Positions 19,747 to 32,544 are shown, counted from the first letter of the stretch. The stretch: DNA of 64,000 bases from an uncultured Acidobacteriota bacterium (GCA_963827655.1 CAWHCF010000041.1:32001-96000), one strand, 5' to 3'. Notes: generated from the letters alone by a model not told the origin. Numbers and translations: made by a program.

Positions 19747-22700
19747 ATGATTCGAGTATACCTTCTCGTCTGCGCTCTGAGTGTGAGCGTGGGCTTCTTC
19801 GTTGTTCGCACAAGGCGGTGAGTCGACACAAATCCTCGGGATCGTCGAGGACAGCACGGGAGCAGTGATCCCGGGAGTCGCCGTGACTGCAACTCACATG
19901 GCCACCGGCCAGACCCGGAAAACCGTTACGGGAGATTCAGGCACGTATGTGTTCCCATTGATGACTCCGGGCGAGTACACCGTGCGCGCCGAAATGCAAG
20001 GCTTCAAGACCGACGTCCGAACCGGGCTGATTCTGCAGCTGAATCAGAAGGCTCGCGTCGACTTCCAGCTCCAGGTAGGCGCCGTCAGTGAATCGGTGGA
20101 GGTCAGCGCAAAAGGCATTATTCTTCACACCGATGACGCCACCATGGGCAATGTCGTCGAGCAGAAGCGGATCATCGACCTGCCCTTGAACGGACGAAAC
20201 TTTGCCAATCTCGCCGGTCTGATGCCGGGGGTGATCAAGGGCATCTCGTCGAACACGAACCAGTATGGCCGGCGCGATACCGCCATCGCCATCAGCGCGA
20301 ACGGCATGCGTGAAAACCAGGGGCAGGTGCTCTACGACGGAGTCAGCACCGCCTGGAACATCAATAACGCGACATTCTTCAAGGCGTCCATCGAAGCCAT
20401 CCAGGAGTTCAAGGTGCACGCCGGCACTTACACGTCGGAATACGGTCACAATGCCGGCGCGCAGGTCGAGATCCTCACCCGGCCTGGAACGAATCAGTTG
20501 CACGGCGCCTTCTTCGAATTCTTGCGCAACGATAACTTCGATGCGCGAAACTATTTTCGTCCAGAACCGCTGAGCAAAGACGTGCTGCAGCGCAACCAGT
20601 TCGGCATGGTGTTGAGCGGCCCGGTCTACATTCCTAAACTGTACAACGGCCGCGACAAGACGTTCTGGATGGTCAACTACGAAGGTCAGCGGGAGAAGAA
20701 TGAGGCCGCCTCGATCGCGTCGGTGATACCCGTGGATTTCAGGCGCGGGGATTTCAGCGCCATCACGACTCAGCTGCGTGACCCGACCGGCGGTGTTTTT
20801 CCGGGCAACATCATTCCGGAAAGCCGGATCGAGCCGATCTCACGCCGTTATCTGGAGATGCACCCGCTGCCGAATCTTCCGGGGATCGGCTCGAACCTGG
20901 CGGGCGTCGATCAGCAGCTGAACAATATCAACCAGCTGTTCACACGCGGCGACCACAGCTTCAGCGACAAGGACAAGCTGTTTGCCCGCGTCGCCTTCTT
21001 CAAATTCGACTTCCCCACGATTCCGATCAACTATTTCTCGACCATCGACAGCAGAATCAAAGCGAGCAACGCGGTGCTCAGTCACACCCACATCTTCAGC
21101 CCGACACTGCTTAATGAGGCCAAGATCGGCTACAACCGCAACTGGATTCTGCGCAAGAACCCCCGCACCAACACGGATTTCGATCCGGAGTCGGTCGGGT
21201 TGAGGGGCATCCGCGCCGGCGCAGGCGCAGGTCAGTCGCGCCCCCTGTCGCCGCTGGAGACGGGATACCTGCCTATAACCGCCGCCGGATATCTGACCAT
21301 GGGTGACGGCGACCTGCTCCCTGATTACAACATCAGCGAGACCTGGCAGTTAGTGGACAGCATCACCTGGAACCGCGGCGTCCACACGTTCAAGGCGGGC
21401 ATCGACTTCCGCAGGCTGCGCATGGATCGTGCCGGCGCGAACGTCCCGCGCGGAGCGTTCCAGCACAATGGCCAGGTGACCGGCAACTCGGCGGCCGATT
21501 TTCTCATCGGCTATCTGTCGCAATCGCAGTCACCCGAAGGAATCCTGCCGGTCGAGTTTCGCCAGCACACCTACGCCTGGTACATTCAGGACGACTGGAA
21601 GGCCGGGCGCAAGCTGACGCTGAACCTCGGCCTGCGATATGACTATGTCGGAACCGTGGACGAGATCAACGGCATCCAGCGCGCTCTGCGGCTCGACCAG
21701 CCGGGCGGCTACCTTTACCCCGAGACCCCGGGCCCGCGCGAAGAAGTCATTCACCTATACACCGCCGAGAAGAACCGCTTCTGGCCGCGAGTCGGTCTCG
21801 CCTACCGCCCGGCGGATGGCTGGGTTGTCCGGATCGGCGGCGGCGTCTTCAACAACGCCAACCAGATGAACAATCTCACCGTGTTCTCCGATCCCGAGCG
21901 GCGCGCATCCATCACCTTTGTCGGGGACCCGTTGAACCCGTCGGCACTCACGTATGCGAATCCCTTCCCGATCGGCCTCGAGGCCGCGGCGCCTCCGATC
22001 AACGTCGTCTACATCGCGCCCGACCGGGTGAATGCTTACAACGTGCAGTGGAGCGCCTCGGTACAGCGCCAGCTTTCGGAATCGACCGTCCTGGAAATGG
22101 CCTACGTGGGCAGCCAGGCGTCGCATCTCGACAATAGCCGCAACCTGAATGACGCGCCTACGGGCACGGGCGCCTTCCAGCCGCGGCGGCCTTATCCGCG
22201 CTGGGGCACGATCCGCTACCTGGCGAGCGACGGCAAGTCTTACTACCAGTCGATGCAGCTCCGTGCAGAGCGCCGCTTCAGCCGTGGCTTTTCTTTCCTG
22301 TCAAGTTACACCTGGGCGCACAATATCGACCAGGCGTACGGGACCAACGAGTCCCTGCCCTTCACGCCGGGCGGCGTCCAGAACCAGGACTGCTTCGCGT
22401 GCGAGAGGTCTGACTCAGGGTTTGATTACCGCCATCGATTTACCACCAGCTTCATGTGGGATGTGCCGGCGCCCGCCGCATGGACCGGTTTCAGAGGGGT
22501 TCTCCTAAGGAACTGGTCGCTGAACGGCGTCGTGGGATATCAGACGGGATTTCCGTTCACGGTCACCCAGCAGGGCAATCGTCAGGGAACGAGCTCGGCC
22601 ACGCAGCGGCCCGATTACGTCCCCGGACAGAATCCCAAGCTCGACAACCCGGATCCCACGCGCTGGTTCAACACGGATGCGTTCCAGTTCGCCAATCTCA

Positions 22701-22948
22701 AGTACGGCGCGGTAGGGCGCAACACGCTCAGGCAGCCGGGCATGAAGGTGTGGGACCTGGGACTGTTCAAGGAATTCCCGATCACCGAAGGTCAGCGTAT
22801 CCAGTTCCGGTATGAAGTGTTCAACGTGTGGAACACGCCCCAACTCCGCGCGCCCAACGCGCAGCTTGGGGGGCCCTCTTTCGGTCAAATCACTTCCACC
22901 TGGCTCGACAATCGCCAGATGCAGTTCGCGTTGAAGTACCTGTTCTGA
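19747..22948 (+). CDS. TonB-dependent receptor, Oar-like (frameshift in signal peptide at ~19790-19800)
   Basis: GGAGG RBS and MIRVYLLVCALSVSV leader are one frame off from FAQGGEST...; LPLNGRNF, YIQDDWK and RQMQFALKYLF motifs. Confidence 0.9.
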
Positions 22949-23002
22949 TTCGTGTGGTTTGTTGCGCCGTCTCAGCGAAGCAGACCGGCGCTGGAGTGTG
23001 GC

Positions 23003-23200
23003 GCGCGAATTAGCCCCGGGCAAGTGACGCGCAGCCCGGGGTTAGGCGGTTAATAGTCAATGCGACCTGGAGGGGCGCCGGAGCAACGAAGGGCAGCGTC
23101 CAGCGCCCCTCCGGGGCGCATTGCTTTGCTTGTGCCGTGACCGTGGGGCCGCGCTTCTAGCTTGCCACCGGCTAATTTCCTTCGCCCATGTCAGGGCGCG
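23003..23200. repeat. REP-like nested palindromic intergenic element
   Basis: Outer arms aattagccccgggcaag / cttgccaccggctaatt; inner stem ggaggggcgc / gcgcccctcc; same architecture as 1627-1808. Confidence 0.55.
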
Positions 23201-23338
23201 AAGCTGACGTAACCGATTCGTTCTGGGCCAACTACAAGCATGCGTTGAAGCGTTCTGAGCTTGCCAATCGCCTTAGGTTGGCGAGGCTTGCTTCGCCGGC
23301 AAACGCAAAATTGAAATTTCCGGAGAAATAGAGAAATC

Positions 23339-24586
23339 ATGCGTAAGATCCTTGCGGCACTCTTCGCGCTGGCATCGTCCCTCGGCGCGCAAACCCCCAC
23401 CTACGATCTGCTCCTCAAGGGCGGCCATGTCATCGATGCCAAAAACCAGATCAACGCGCCGATGGACGTCGCGGTAACAGGCGGAAAAATCGCGCGCGTG
23501 GCGCCGAATATCCCGGCGGCGCAGGCGCGGAAGACAATCGACATCGCCGGATTGACCGTGGCGCCCGGATTCATCGATATCCACGTTCACGTCTATCCAC
23601 GGCCGGAGAATACGTCGATGTCGCGGGACAGCAGCGTCCAGCCCGATGCCTTCTCCTTCCGCAGCGGCGTGACCACCGTGGTCGACGCGGGGACCTCGGG
23701 ATGGCGCACGTTCCCCGACTTCCGCCGCCGCGTGATCGACAAGGCGCAGACACGGGTGCTCGCGCTGCTGAACATCGCCGGCGTGGGTATGGGCACGGGC
23801 AGTGAGGATGACCTTGCGGAACTCGACGCCGACGCGGCGGTCAAGATGGCGAAAGCCAATGCGGACGTCATCGTCGGTTTCAAGTCCGCTCACTTCGCCG
23901 GGCCCGGCTGGGAGTCGATCGAAGCCGCGGCGAAGGCAGGAAAAGCCGTCGACAAGCCCGTGATGGTCGACTTCGGGTATCTGAACCAGGTCCGCAATCT
24001 CTCCACCCTGCTGCTTGACAAGCTACGGGCAGGAGACATCTACACGCACTGCTACTCCGGTCATCGCGAGGAGCTGCTCGAGACCGGCAAGGTCAATCCG
24101 GTTATGACCGGCGGCCGCAAGCGGGGCATCTTTTTCGACATTGGTCACGGCTCCGGGAGCTTCTACTGGTACGTTGCCGTGCCCGCATACGAACAGAGTT
24201 TCTATCCGGATTCCATCTCGACCGACCTGCACATCAGCAGCATGAACTCCGGGATGAAGGACATGGCCAATGTCATGTCGAAGATGCTGAATCTGGGTTC
24301 GCCCCTGGACCAGGTGATTCAAATGTCGACCTGGAATCCGGCCCGGGAGATCAAACGCCCCGATCTGGGGCATCTCGATGTGGGCGCGGAAGCAGACGTT
24401 GCCGTGGTGCGCGTCGACCGCGGCAAGTTCGGATTCATCGATTCGGCCGGCGCCGCGAATGCCGGGGACCGGTTGATCGTCTCAGAATTGACCCTGCGCA
24501 AGGGCCGAGTCGTGTGGGATCTCAACGGCCGGGCGAGCGAAAACTGGAAAGCATTCCCGTACGAAAAAAAGGCCTGGAAGAAGTAA
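23339..24586 (+). CDS. Exported amidohydrolase (dihydroorotase-like/deacetylase family)
   Basis: PGFIDIHVH, SGVTTVVDAG, DIYTH, DIGHGSGSF, ISTDLH and TWNPA motifs; signal peptide. Confidence 0.88.
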   Translation: MRKILAALFALASSLGAQTPTYDLLLKGGHVIDAKNQINAPMDVAVTGGKIARVAPNIPAAQARKTIDIAGLTVAPGFIDIHVHVYPRPENTSMSRDSSVQPDAFSFRSGVTTVVDAGTSGWRTFPDFRRRVIDKAQTRVLALLNIAGVGMGTGSEDDLAELDADAAVKMAKANADVIVGFKSAHFAGPGWESIEAAAKAGKAVDKPVMVDFGYLNQVRNLSTLLLDKLRAGDIYTHCYSGHREELLETGKVNPVMTGGRKRGIFFDIGHGSGSFYWYVAVPAYEQSFYPDSISTDLHISSMNSGMKDMANVMSKMLNLGSPLDQVIQMSTWNPAREIKRPDLGHLDVGAEADVAVVRVDRGKFGFIDSAGAANAGDRLIVSELTLRKGRVVWDLNGRASENWKAFPYEKKAWKK

Positions 24587-24602
24587 CGCGAATTTCCCCA
24601 CC

Positions 24603-27600
24603 TCAATTCGTAAGATCAGCTTCAAACCAAACTGCACGATCCGCGGCAAGTTGCCCTGCGCGCTGACGACGCCGTATTGAGCGTTACCGAAGGCCTGGTT
24701 AGGCGGCGCGAAGCGTGGCGTGTTAGAGATGTTGAATACTTCGGCGCGGAACTGGAGGTTCCAGCGCTCGGCAATGCGCGTGTTCTTGGTAAGGGTGAAG
24801 TCAACCTGGGAAGTTCCGTCGCTGCGACAGCCGTTGAACGTGCGGGGCGCGTTGCCGAAGGTATACGCCGGCGGGTTGGAAAACGGCGCGCGATCCAGCC
24901 ATTGATCAGGTGTTGGATTCGCCGCGCACGGGTTCTGGCCGTCCCAGTTCGGGCGCTGGCCGCCGCCTTGCGAGAAAGTATTGTTCACGTTCGAGTTTAC
25001 ACCGAGCGGTCCGCCGGAAAAACCCACCCAGATTCCGCCCACTTGCCACCCGCCCAGCGCCTTGCCGACGGCGCCCTTCGAGTTGCGGAGAAACGGCAGT
25101 TCATAGACGGCGTTGAGAACATAGCGGTTCGTCTGGTCCAGCGTCGAGCTGGCCCATTCAGCCGCAAGGTCGTTATTGTTCTGGAACGCTGCCCCGCCGA
25201 GCGTTTCGCCGGCAAAGGTCCCGATGCCATAGTCCATCAGCTTCGAATACGTGTGGGAAGCAATCAGGATCAGTCCTGACGCGTAGCGCTTCTCGACCCT
25301 GGCCTCCAGCGCGTGGTAGTTCGAGGTGGCCCAGGAAGCCAGGTTGGAGGTCACGCTTTGAAAGTGCGGGTAGGGCCGCAAGAGTTGGGCGCGGGCAACC
25401 ATCGGTTGAGCGAGCGGCCCGACTTGAATCTGGCCGAAGAAGGGATTGGCGACCTGAGTGCGGAGACCGTCGCCGAGAGCGAGAGCGGAGTCGGGAAGCT
25501 GGTTCAACTCGCGGTTTTGGGAGAAGCCGACGCCGCGACTGCCGGCGTAGCCCACTTCGACCACGATGTTCTTGGGCAGCTCATACTGGATGTTGAAATT
25601 CCACTGGAAGCTGTAGGGCGTGTAGTTGCTCCGATCGAAGAAGCTCACGCTCTGGCCCAGCAGAGTGGCGGCGCCGAGGCTATTACCAGTAGCTTGATTG
25701 AATCCGTCGGGATAGGGATTGGACCAGCTGAAGACGGGGGTGACGCCATCGAGACTGGTGACGGCTTGCGTGCTCGCCTGGAAGCCGGAAGTGCCAAAGG
25801 CCCCGGAGCCGGTGCCCACACCGGTGGTGGACGAGTAGAAGAGACCCCCGCCGGTGCGGATCACGGCTTTCGGCGTCAGCACGGTAGGCGATGCCGACGC
25901 GGGGAGCGATGTTGTTGCGGTCCGGAACGGCGTTCTGGCGTGGAAGCCCGCCCACACCGACGAAGGTGAGCGCGCCCTTCAAGTCGAAGCCAGGAGCGGT
26001 GAGAGGAGGCGCGAGGCCGTAGTCGAAGTTGGTGAGCTGGTTGAAGCGGTCGACGCGCGGCGATTCATAATCGTAGCGAATTCCGAGATTGAGCGTGAGT
26101 CTGGGGGTAACGCGCCATGAGTCCTGCACGAATGCCGCCCAGTAACTGATCGATTGGGCGAGGGCGGGCGCGGGCGTGACGCCCCCTCCGCCAATGCCCA
26201 GCAAGAACGAAGCCAGCGCCGAGCCGGCGGTGGCGGTCGACTGCGCAGGGTTGGGCCCCTGGGTCCATTGGGGCGTAAAGCCGAAGGTGGTGCTGGTGTC
26301 GCCGGTCTGCTGGTTATTGAACTGGATGACTCGGAACTCGCCTCCGGCTTTCAGCGTGTGTTTGGTGAGATTCTTGCTCAGGTTGGCCTGGGCGGCGTGC
26401 GAGGTGTTGCCGAGACGGATCAGGTCGGTTGCTCCCACCAGCCCTCCGACGATAATGTTGGGGATCGATCCGGTCATGTTGAATCCGGTAATGGTGATCG
26501 CGGGAAACGCCTGGGGGTCGCCGATCGCATCCTTCAGATAGGCCGGCAGGCCGAGCTCGGTGATATCGAATCCGTCGGAGTAAGGACGGCGGTTGTTGAC
26601 CAGGCGTGTGACCGAATAGCGGAAACTGCCCAGTAAAGTCGGCGAGAAGGTGTGGGTGTCTTCGATGACGGCGTTGCGGCGCGTGAAGACTTGCGGGCCG
26701 GCGGTCGGCGAGGCTGCCAGCGCTTCGGGTGTGGCTTGACCGTAGACCGGGGCGCGGCGGAAGGGCGTGTCGTCGTAGGAGTAGCGGCCGAAGATGCGGT
26801 TGGAGTTGTTGATGCCGTGGTCGAGGCGGATGCTGTAGCTGTTCTTGTCGACGATGTTGCCGTCGGTGCGCGTGAAATTCTGGACGCCCGTGATCGGGTT
26901 GCCCTGCCGTGTTGGGCCTCTGGAAATAGCGCATGATGTTGCGTGCAATGGGGTCGATGCGCGTGGCGGGAATGACGTTTCCCGGGAAAGCGTCGCGAAT
27001 GAAGCCCGTGCCGCTCGGCCTGGTGGTGGCAGGGTCGTAAATGATGATGGGCTGATTATTGGCATTGCGCAGACCGCTGAAGTCACCGGCGAGCTGGCTG
27101 GGATCCGGAGTGGTGCCGGTGAAGGTAATGCCCTGGACGAAGCGGACGAGTTCGACGTTAACGAAGAAGAAGGTGCGATCGCGGCCGTTGTAGACCTTGG
27201 GAAAGACGACCGGACCGCCGACGGTGCCGCCAAACTGGTTGAATCTGAAGGGAGCGCGCGGCTGGCCGCCCCGGTTGGCAAACCAATCGTTGGCGTTGAG
27301 CTTGTCGTTGCGGAGAAACTCGTAGAGGGAGAAGTGGAGATCGTTGGTTCCGCTGCGGGTGACGACGTTGAAGACGCCGCCGGCCGAACGGCCGAATTCC
27401 GCGCTGAAATTGTTGGTCTCGACCTTGAATTCCTGGACCATGTCGGGATTGGCGTTGATGACGGGCTGGTTTTGCGAGGGAGCGGAATTGGGAGCGCCGT
27501 CAAGCAGGAATTCATTCGCGCTGGCGCGCTGGCCGTTTATCGAATAGGAGACGGTGCTGATCTGGTCGATTACCAGGTTGTTCACGCCGAAAGAGGGTCG

Positions 27601-28065
27601 TACCGCAGGAACCAGCATGGCCAGCGCATAGGTGTTGCGCCCCAGCAGCGGCAGTTCGCTTACCTGGCGGTTGCCGATCACCTGGCCCACTGTGGAGCTC
27701 TCGCTGTCAAGCAGCGGGGTCTGCGCCTGCACCTCGATGGTCTCGCTCAGCGCGCCGACTTTCAGGGTGATATCGAGACGCACTACTTGCTGGACCGTGA
27801 GTTCGAGGCCGGTCTGCTTCACCGGAACAAAGCCCTGTTTGGTCACGTTCAATTCGTAGTGGCCGGGCGGCAGCGCCGGGAGCGTGTAGTAACCCTCGGA
27901 GGTTGTCTCCGTGGTTGTCGTGAGTCCGGTATCGGTCGCGCGGGCGGTGACCGAAGCCTGCGGGACCACTGCGCCGGTCTGGTCGGTGATGCGGCCCGTG
28001 AGAGTGGCAACCTGGGCGAGCGCGGCCGAAGCGCACAATAGAAGGACAAAAGCGAGACGGGTCAT
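24603..28065 (-). CDS. TonB-dependent receptor, Oar-like, split by frameshifts (~26905, ~25880, possibly ~24610)
   Basis: Three consecutive ORF pieces: GRITDQTGAVVP..LPLLGRN, then FVQDSW..NNIAPRVG, then PRIVQFGLKLI; 3' end is approximate. Confidence 0.85.
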
Positions 28066-28137
28066 AGCGGCTAAGGCAACGACAGGTGTGAACAAAACGC
28101 CTCTAATCAACATGGGCTCTCCTTCATAGCAACCAAA

Positions 28138-28176
28138 GTGTTCTTGGTGTTCCTTCGTGTCTTCGTGACTTTGTGC
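28138..28176. repeat. Half copy of the 9-mer dispersed repeat
   Basis: cttggtgttccttcgtgtcttcgtgactttgtg. Confidence 0.6.
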
Positions 28177-28191
28177 TATTCGGATCTGCTG

Positions 28192-30291
28192 CTAACTCTC
28201 ACCATTCAACCAGCGCTTCAACCAGGCATGCACTTCCTGATAGAAAAATCTGCTGTTTTCTCCCTTCAGAATCCAGTGGTTTTCCTCGGGAAATACAATC
28301 AGCCTGCTTGGTATCTTCAGGCGTTGATGAACACTCCAGTTCTCGATCGAGTTGTTCATCGGCACCCGGAAATCATTTTCGCCCACGGTAATCAACATTG
28401 GCGTGCGGAACTTGGATGCGTACCGGATCGGGTTCTGCTCCCGCCAGACCGGGCCTTGCTCCCACACGGGGCCACCGTTGTTGACTTCGCGCGAGTAGAT
28501 CGTGTCGCTGGTGCCCCACTGCGACTCCAGACTGACCAGGCCGGCGTGATTGATCAGGCATTTATATCGCGTCGTAGTCGCCTGTAACCAGCTCGACAGA
28601 TGGCCGCCATAACTCGCGCCCCCAGCGGCCTGCCTTGACGCGTCGATGAACTTGAACTGTCTGATCGCTTCATCAGCGGCTTCGTTCAGTTCCTCGCCTG
28701 GGCCTTTGAGAGGATCACCCTGAATCTCCTGAGCGAACTTTTCGCCGTATCCGGTCGAGCCGGTGTAATCGGTCATCAAGACGATGTAACCCGGCTGGGC
28801 GAGCAAGTGATAGTTCCAGCGAATGAAAAACTGGTCCCGGGTCATCGTGTGAGGCCCGCCGTGTATGAAGACGAACAGAGGGTACTTCTTGTTCTCGTCA
28901 AAGCCGGGCGGCAGGGCGATGAGGCTGTGAATCCGTTTGCCGCGCTTACTCGTGAACCAGAAATGACGCAGCGGCTGCCATTCAATCTGCGCCACCCGTT
29001 CACCATTAAAATCGCTGATCGGCTTATGGGTCCGGGTCCCGAGATCAACCCGCACAACTTCAGCAGGATTTGTCGCACTCTCCCAATCGGCAAAAAGCAT
29101 TGCTGATGGCGCCGCCGACGGAATGGCCAGATTCGTATAAACCCCGCGGGTCACATCCATGGCCGGCTTGACCTCCCCGCCACTGGCTGGAACCGAATAG
29201 AGTTTTTCGTTACCCGCCTCTTCGGCAAGCAAAAAGATGGTCTTGCTGTCCGGCGTAACCGCGAAGCCGGAAGGCGCGCGGTCGAAATTCGCGGTAAGCA
29301 CTTTTCGATCGCCCATTGCCGGCCAGGTAAAGCTGACAATTCGATTAAGGTTGTAGACTCTGTCCGTATTCGGCACAAAATTGCAGTAAAGAGCTTTCCC
29401 ATCCGGGCTGAATTTCGGTCCATAGTGGCTGTCTTTACCGGCTGTCAACCGCTTCGGCTCCCCGCCGTTCGAGGAAACTTGGAAAAGGTCGGTATTGGTT
29501 TCAGAGTAAGCCGCGGCGCTGCGGTTGGTCATAGCGACAAAGACAACCGATTGGCCGTCGGGCGACCAGATCCCCTGCAATTCATCACCCCCTGGAGTCG
29601 TGGGTCCTGAAAATCCCGGCTCGGCGACGAGCTTGGTTCCCGCCAGCAAATCTTTCGGTTTTGCGCCGGGTTCCAATGACTGGACAAAGATGTGCGTCTG
29701 CAGTTCATCCAACCAGCGATCCCAGTTGCGGATCGGGAAGCCATCATAGACTCGCGCGCGATACTTACGCGCCTTTCGTTCGGCCGCGATCTTCTTGTTC
29801 GCTTCGTCGTCGATCGCGCCCGGATAGACACTGCTCGCGAACAGAATTGCTTTGCCGTCCGGACGCCACTGCGGGCTTCGCGCCCCGGTTGAAATCGAAG
29901 TCACGCGGGCCGCCTCGCCGCCATCAACTATGTCGATCACATAAATCTGATTGACTTCATCACCTTCACGCCTGGCAGAAAATGCTATGCGACGACTGTT
30001 GGGGCTCCAGACTGCTCCGCTCTCGGCGCCCCGGGTTGCCGTTAACCGGCGTGGTTTCGCGCTCCCGTCTCCCGGCGCAATCCAAAGATCGGATACCTGG
30101 TCTTTTTCGTCGTAGGCAGGTTCGATTACCGAAAAAGCCACCCATTTGCCGTCGGGGCTTGGCACCGGCGCTCCGACGCGTTTCATCAGCCACACGTCTT
30201 CGTGAGTGATCGGGCGCCTGGTTTGCGCGAGCGCCGTAGACGAAACGAGCAGCCCGAAGAGTGCGATGAAGATGGTGCGAGGCTTGAACAT
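28192..30291 (-). CDS. S9 family peptidase (prolyl oligopeptidase / acylaminoacyl peptidase)
   Basis: Signal peptide, SPDG propeller repeats, IHGGPH, GASYGG, NDFRVP and EENHW motifs. Confidence 0.92.
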   Translation of the reverse strand: MFKPRTIFIALFGLLVSSTALAQTRRPITHEDVWLMKRVGAPVPSPDGKWVAFSVIEPAYDEKDQVSDLWIAPGDGSAKPRRLTATRGAESGAVWSPNSRRIAFSARREGDEVNQIYVIDIVDGGEAARVTSISTGARSPQWRPDGKAILFASSVYPGAIDDEANKKIAAERKARKYRARVYDGFPIRNWDRWLDELQTHIFVQSLEPGAKPKDLLAGTKLVAEPGFSGPTTPGGDELQGIWSPDGQSVVFVAMTNRSAAAYSETNTDLFQVSSNGGEPKRLTAGKDSHYGPKFSPDGKALYCNFVPNTDRVYNLNRIVSFTWPAMGDRKVLTANFDRAPSGFAVTPDSKTIFLLAEEAGNEKLYSVPASGGEVKPAMDVTRGVYTNLAIPSAAPSAMLFADWESATNPAEVVRVDLGTRTHKPISDFNGERVAQIEWQPLRHFWFTSKRGKRIHSLIALPPGFDENKKYPLFVFIHGGPHTMTRDQFFIRWNYHLLAQPGYIVLMTDYTGSTGYGEKFAQEIQGDPLKGPGEELNEAADEAIRQFKFIDASRQAAGGASYGGHLSSWLQATTTRYKCLINHAGLVSLESQWGTSDTIYSREVNNGGPVWEQGPVWREQNPIRYASKFRTPMLITVGENDFRVPMNNSIENWSVHQRLKIPSRLIVFPEENHWILKGENSRFFYQEVHAWLKRWLNGES

Positions 30292-30352
30292 ATAGAACTC
30301 CTATGTAATGCGAAACAAATACCACGGGACACGAAGACGCGAGGAAACACCA

Positions 30353-30583
30353 AGGGTTCGCGCAGAAGTTCGCATTCTGCTGGCAGGCCCCAGGACTGCT
30401 GGCTAGGCGCGAGCGACGATGCGTACCGGTGCGGTACGTGAGAGAGCGAGCAACAAAGCCAGCGGGCCTGCGGGCCGCAGCTCGAAGGGGCGCGATGCTC
30501 AGCGTGCTTAGCGAACAGAAACCGGTTCATGATTGACCGTCGGCTTTCGCGCCAGAATGTGAAGTTATTTCTGAGCGAGCCCT
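30353..30583. mobile_element. MITE-like element with ISAzo13-like terminal inverted repeats
   Basis: Left end agggttcgcgcagaa---gttcgcattctg; right end cagaatgtgaagttatttctgagcgagccct; homologous to 54036-54330. Confidence 0.7.
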
Positions 30584-30584
30584 T

Positions 30585-32544
30585 AGGGCCCGCGCAAAAA
30601 TAACTAGGCATATATAATCGTACATTGGTCATATCGACTTGGGTGCCGTTGGACGATTTTCAAGCTAACTCGACTCAGTTTCCCCTACTAGCAAGTATTT
30701 CCTATACGCTCGCCAAGTAGACAGGGCGTGTGCTGTTCTGTTATAGTTCCGGCTCGGAGGCCGACTCAATCGGAACTATAACATTATGAGACCATCGTCT
30801 ATTGCCGCCAGCGCTATTCGCCAATTAGTCGTCCGCAACCAGATCGCCGATCTCCGGGAGCTTAAGCAGGCTCTCGGTACCTCGGTGGATGTCACTGTGT
30901 TTCGGAAGCTGAGACAACTGGATTACCTTTCCAGCTACTCTCACCGCGGTCGCTATTACACGCTCCCAGAGATCGCTCACTTCGATGTCAATGGTCTTTG
31001 GTCCTGCCAGTCCGTATGGTTTTCTCGTTACGGCACTTTGTTGACTACCGCCGAAGCCTTTGTCAATCAATCCGCGAAGGGTTACTTCGCCGAGGAGTTA
31101 GCCCAGACCTTGCATGTGGAAGTGCATGACGCGCTGCTGCAGTTGGTGCGGCAGCGCAGAGTCACCCGGCGGCAGGTCTCGGGGTTGTATCTCTACACTT
31201 CCATGACTCCTGACCTCCGACGCCGGCAATTATTGGCCCGGCGCCAGTCTCAGACTGTTCCCATCGCGACCGATATCACGACCGTGGAGATCTTGCCTGA
31301 CGAACTCAAAACCGCGATCATTCTCTTCTACAGCTTGCTTGATGAACAACAACGTCGGTTGTACGCCGGCCTGGAATCCTTAAAACTAGGTCGCGGCGGC
31401 GATCCCCAACTGGCCGAGTTTCTCGGCTTGGATCCGCACACCGTCGCCCGAGGACGACAAGAGCTATCGGACCAGAAGGTCGCAATCGGTCGTGTGCGTC
31501 GATCCGGCGGCGGACGAAAGCCCGTGGAAAAAAAACGCCCAAAATAGTCACCGCCATCAAAATCCTTCTCGAGCACGACACTGCAGGCGACCCGATCACC
31601 GGATTGAAGTGGAGTCGCCGAACCACCGGCAAGATCGCTTGCCTTCTCGATCAGGTAGGAATCTGTGTTTCCCCGAATACCGTCGCCCGCTTGCTGCACC
31701 AAATGAAATACTCTCTCCGGGTTAACCACAAGATGCTCGCCACCGATTCCAGTCCCAACCGCAATCAACAGTTTGACTACATCTCCGTATTACGCACCCG
31801 ATTCCAGCGCCGGCACCTTCCCATTATCAGTGTCGATACCAAAAAACGAGAACTCGTCGGCAACTTCAAAAATCCCGGAGCCCGCTGGGATTGCTCTCCT
31901 ATACTCGTCAACGATCACGATTTCCGAACCGATTCTATCGGCGTAGCTATCCCCTACGGGATTTACGATCTGATAGCCAATCGGGGCTCCATCTTTGTGG
32001 GAGTTTCTCATGACACTCCACGCTTCGCAGCTCGTTCGATCGCCCGCTGGTGGTACCGGGAAGGTATCTCTCGCTACCCTCATGCCAGCCAACTCCTCAT
32101 CTTGGCCGATACGGGTGGGAGCAACTCGTGCCGCTACTTTGCTCTGGAAGACGGAGCTCCGAAGACAGCTCTGCAACCGCTTTGACCTTACTATTACAGT
32201 GGCTCACTACCCCACCGGAGCCTCCAAATGGAATCCGGTTGAACATCGCCTGTTCTCAGAGATCTCCAAGAACTGGGCGGGTGAGCCCTTAACCAATTAC
32301 GAAAAAATCCTTAAGTTTCTTCGTACGACCGAGACTTACACTGGCTTGAAAGTAACCTCTTATCTTGATCGCTCTTTTTACCCAACCGGTGCCGCACCCA
32401 CTACAGAACAGCTTCACCGGCTTCGCCTACGTCCACACAAAAGGTTGCCAACGTGGAACATTCACTATCGCACCCAATCCGTGAGATCATTACCGCTGCG
32501 TCACGGACCGCAACCATGCGAACTTGAAACTTCGCGCGGCCCCT
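30585..32544 (+). mobile_element. ISAzo13-family insertion sequence
   Basis: Left IR agggcccgcgcaaaaataact; imperfect right IR aacttgaaacttcgcgcggcccct; lower GC than flanks; encloses the transposase. Confidence 0.8.
30786..32484 (+). CDS. ISAzo13-family DDE transposase, multi-frame
   Basis: LDEQQRRLYAGLE..RVRRSGGGRK, TAGDP..LKW, ISVDTKKRELVGNFKNPG, DTGGSN and HYPTGASKWNPVEHRLFSEIS motifs; frame changes at ~31535, ~32140 and ~32460. Confidence 0.88.
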
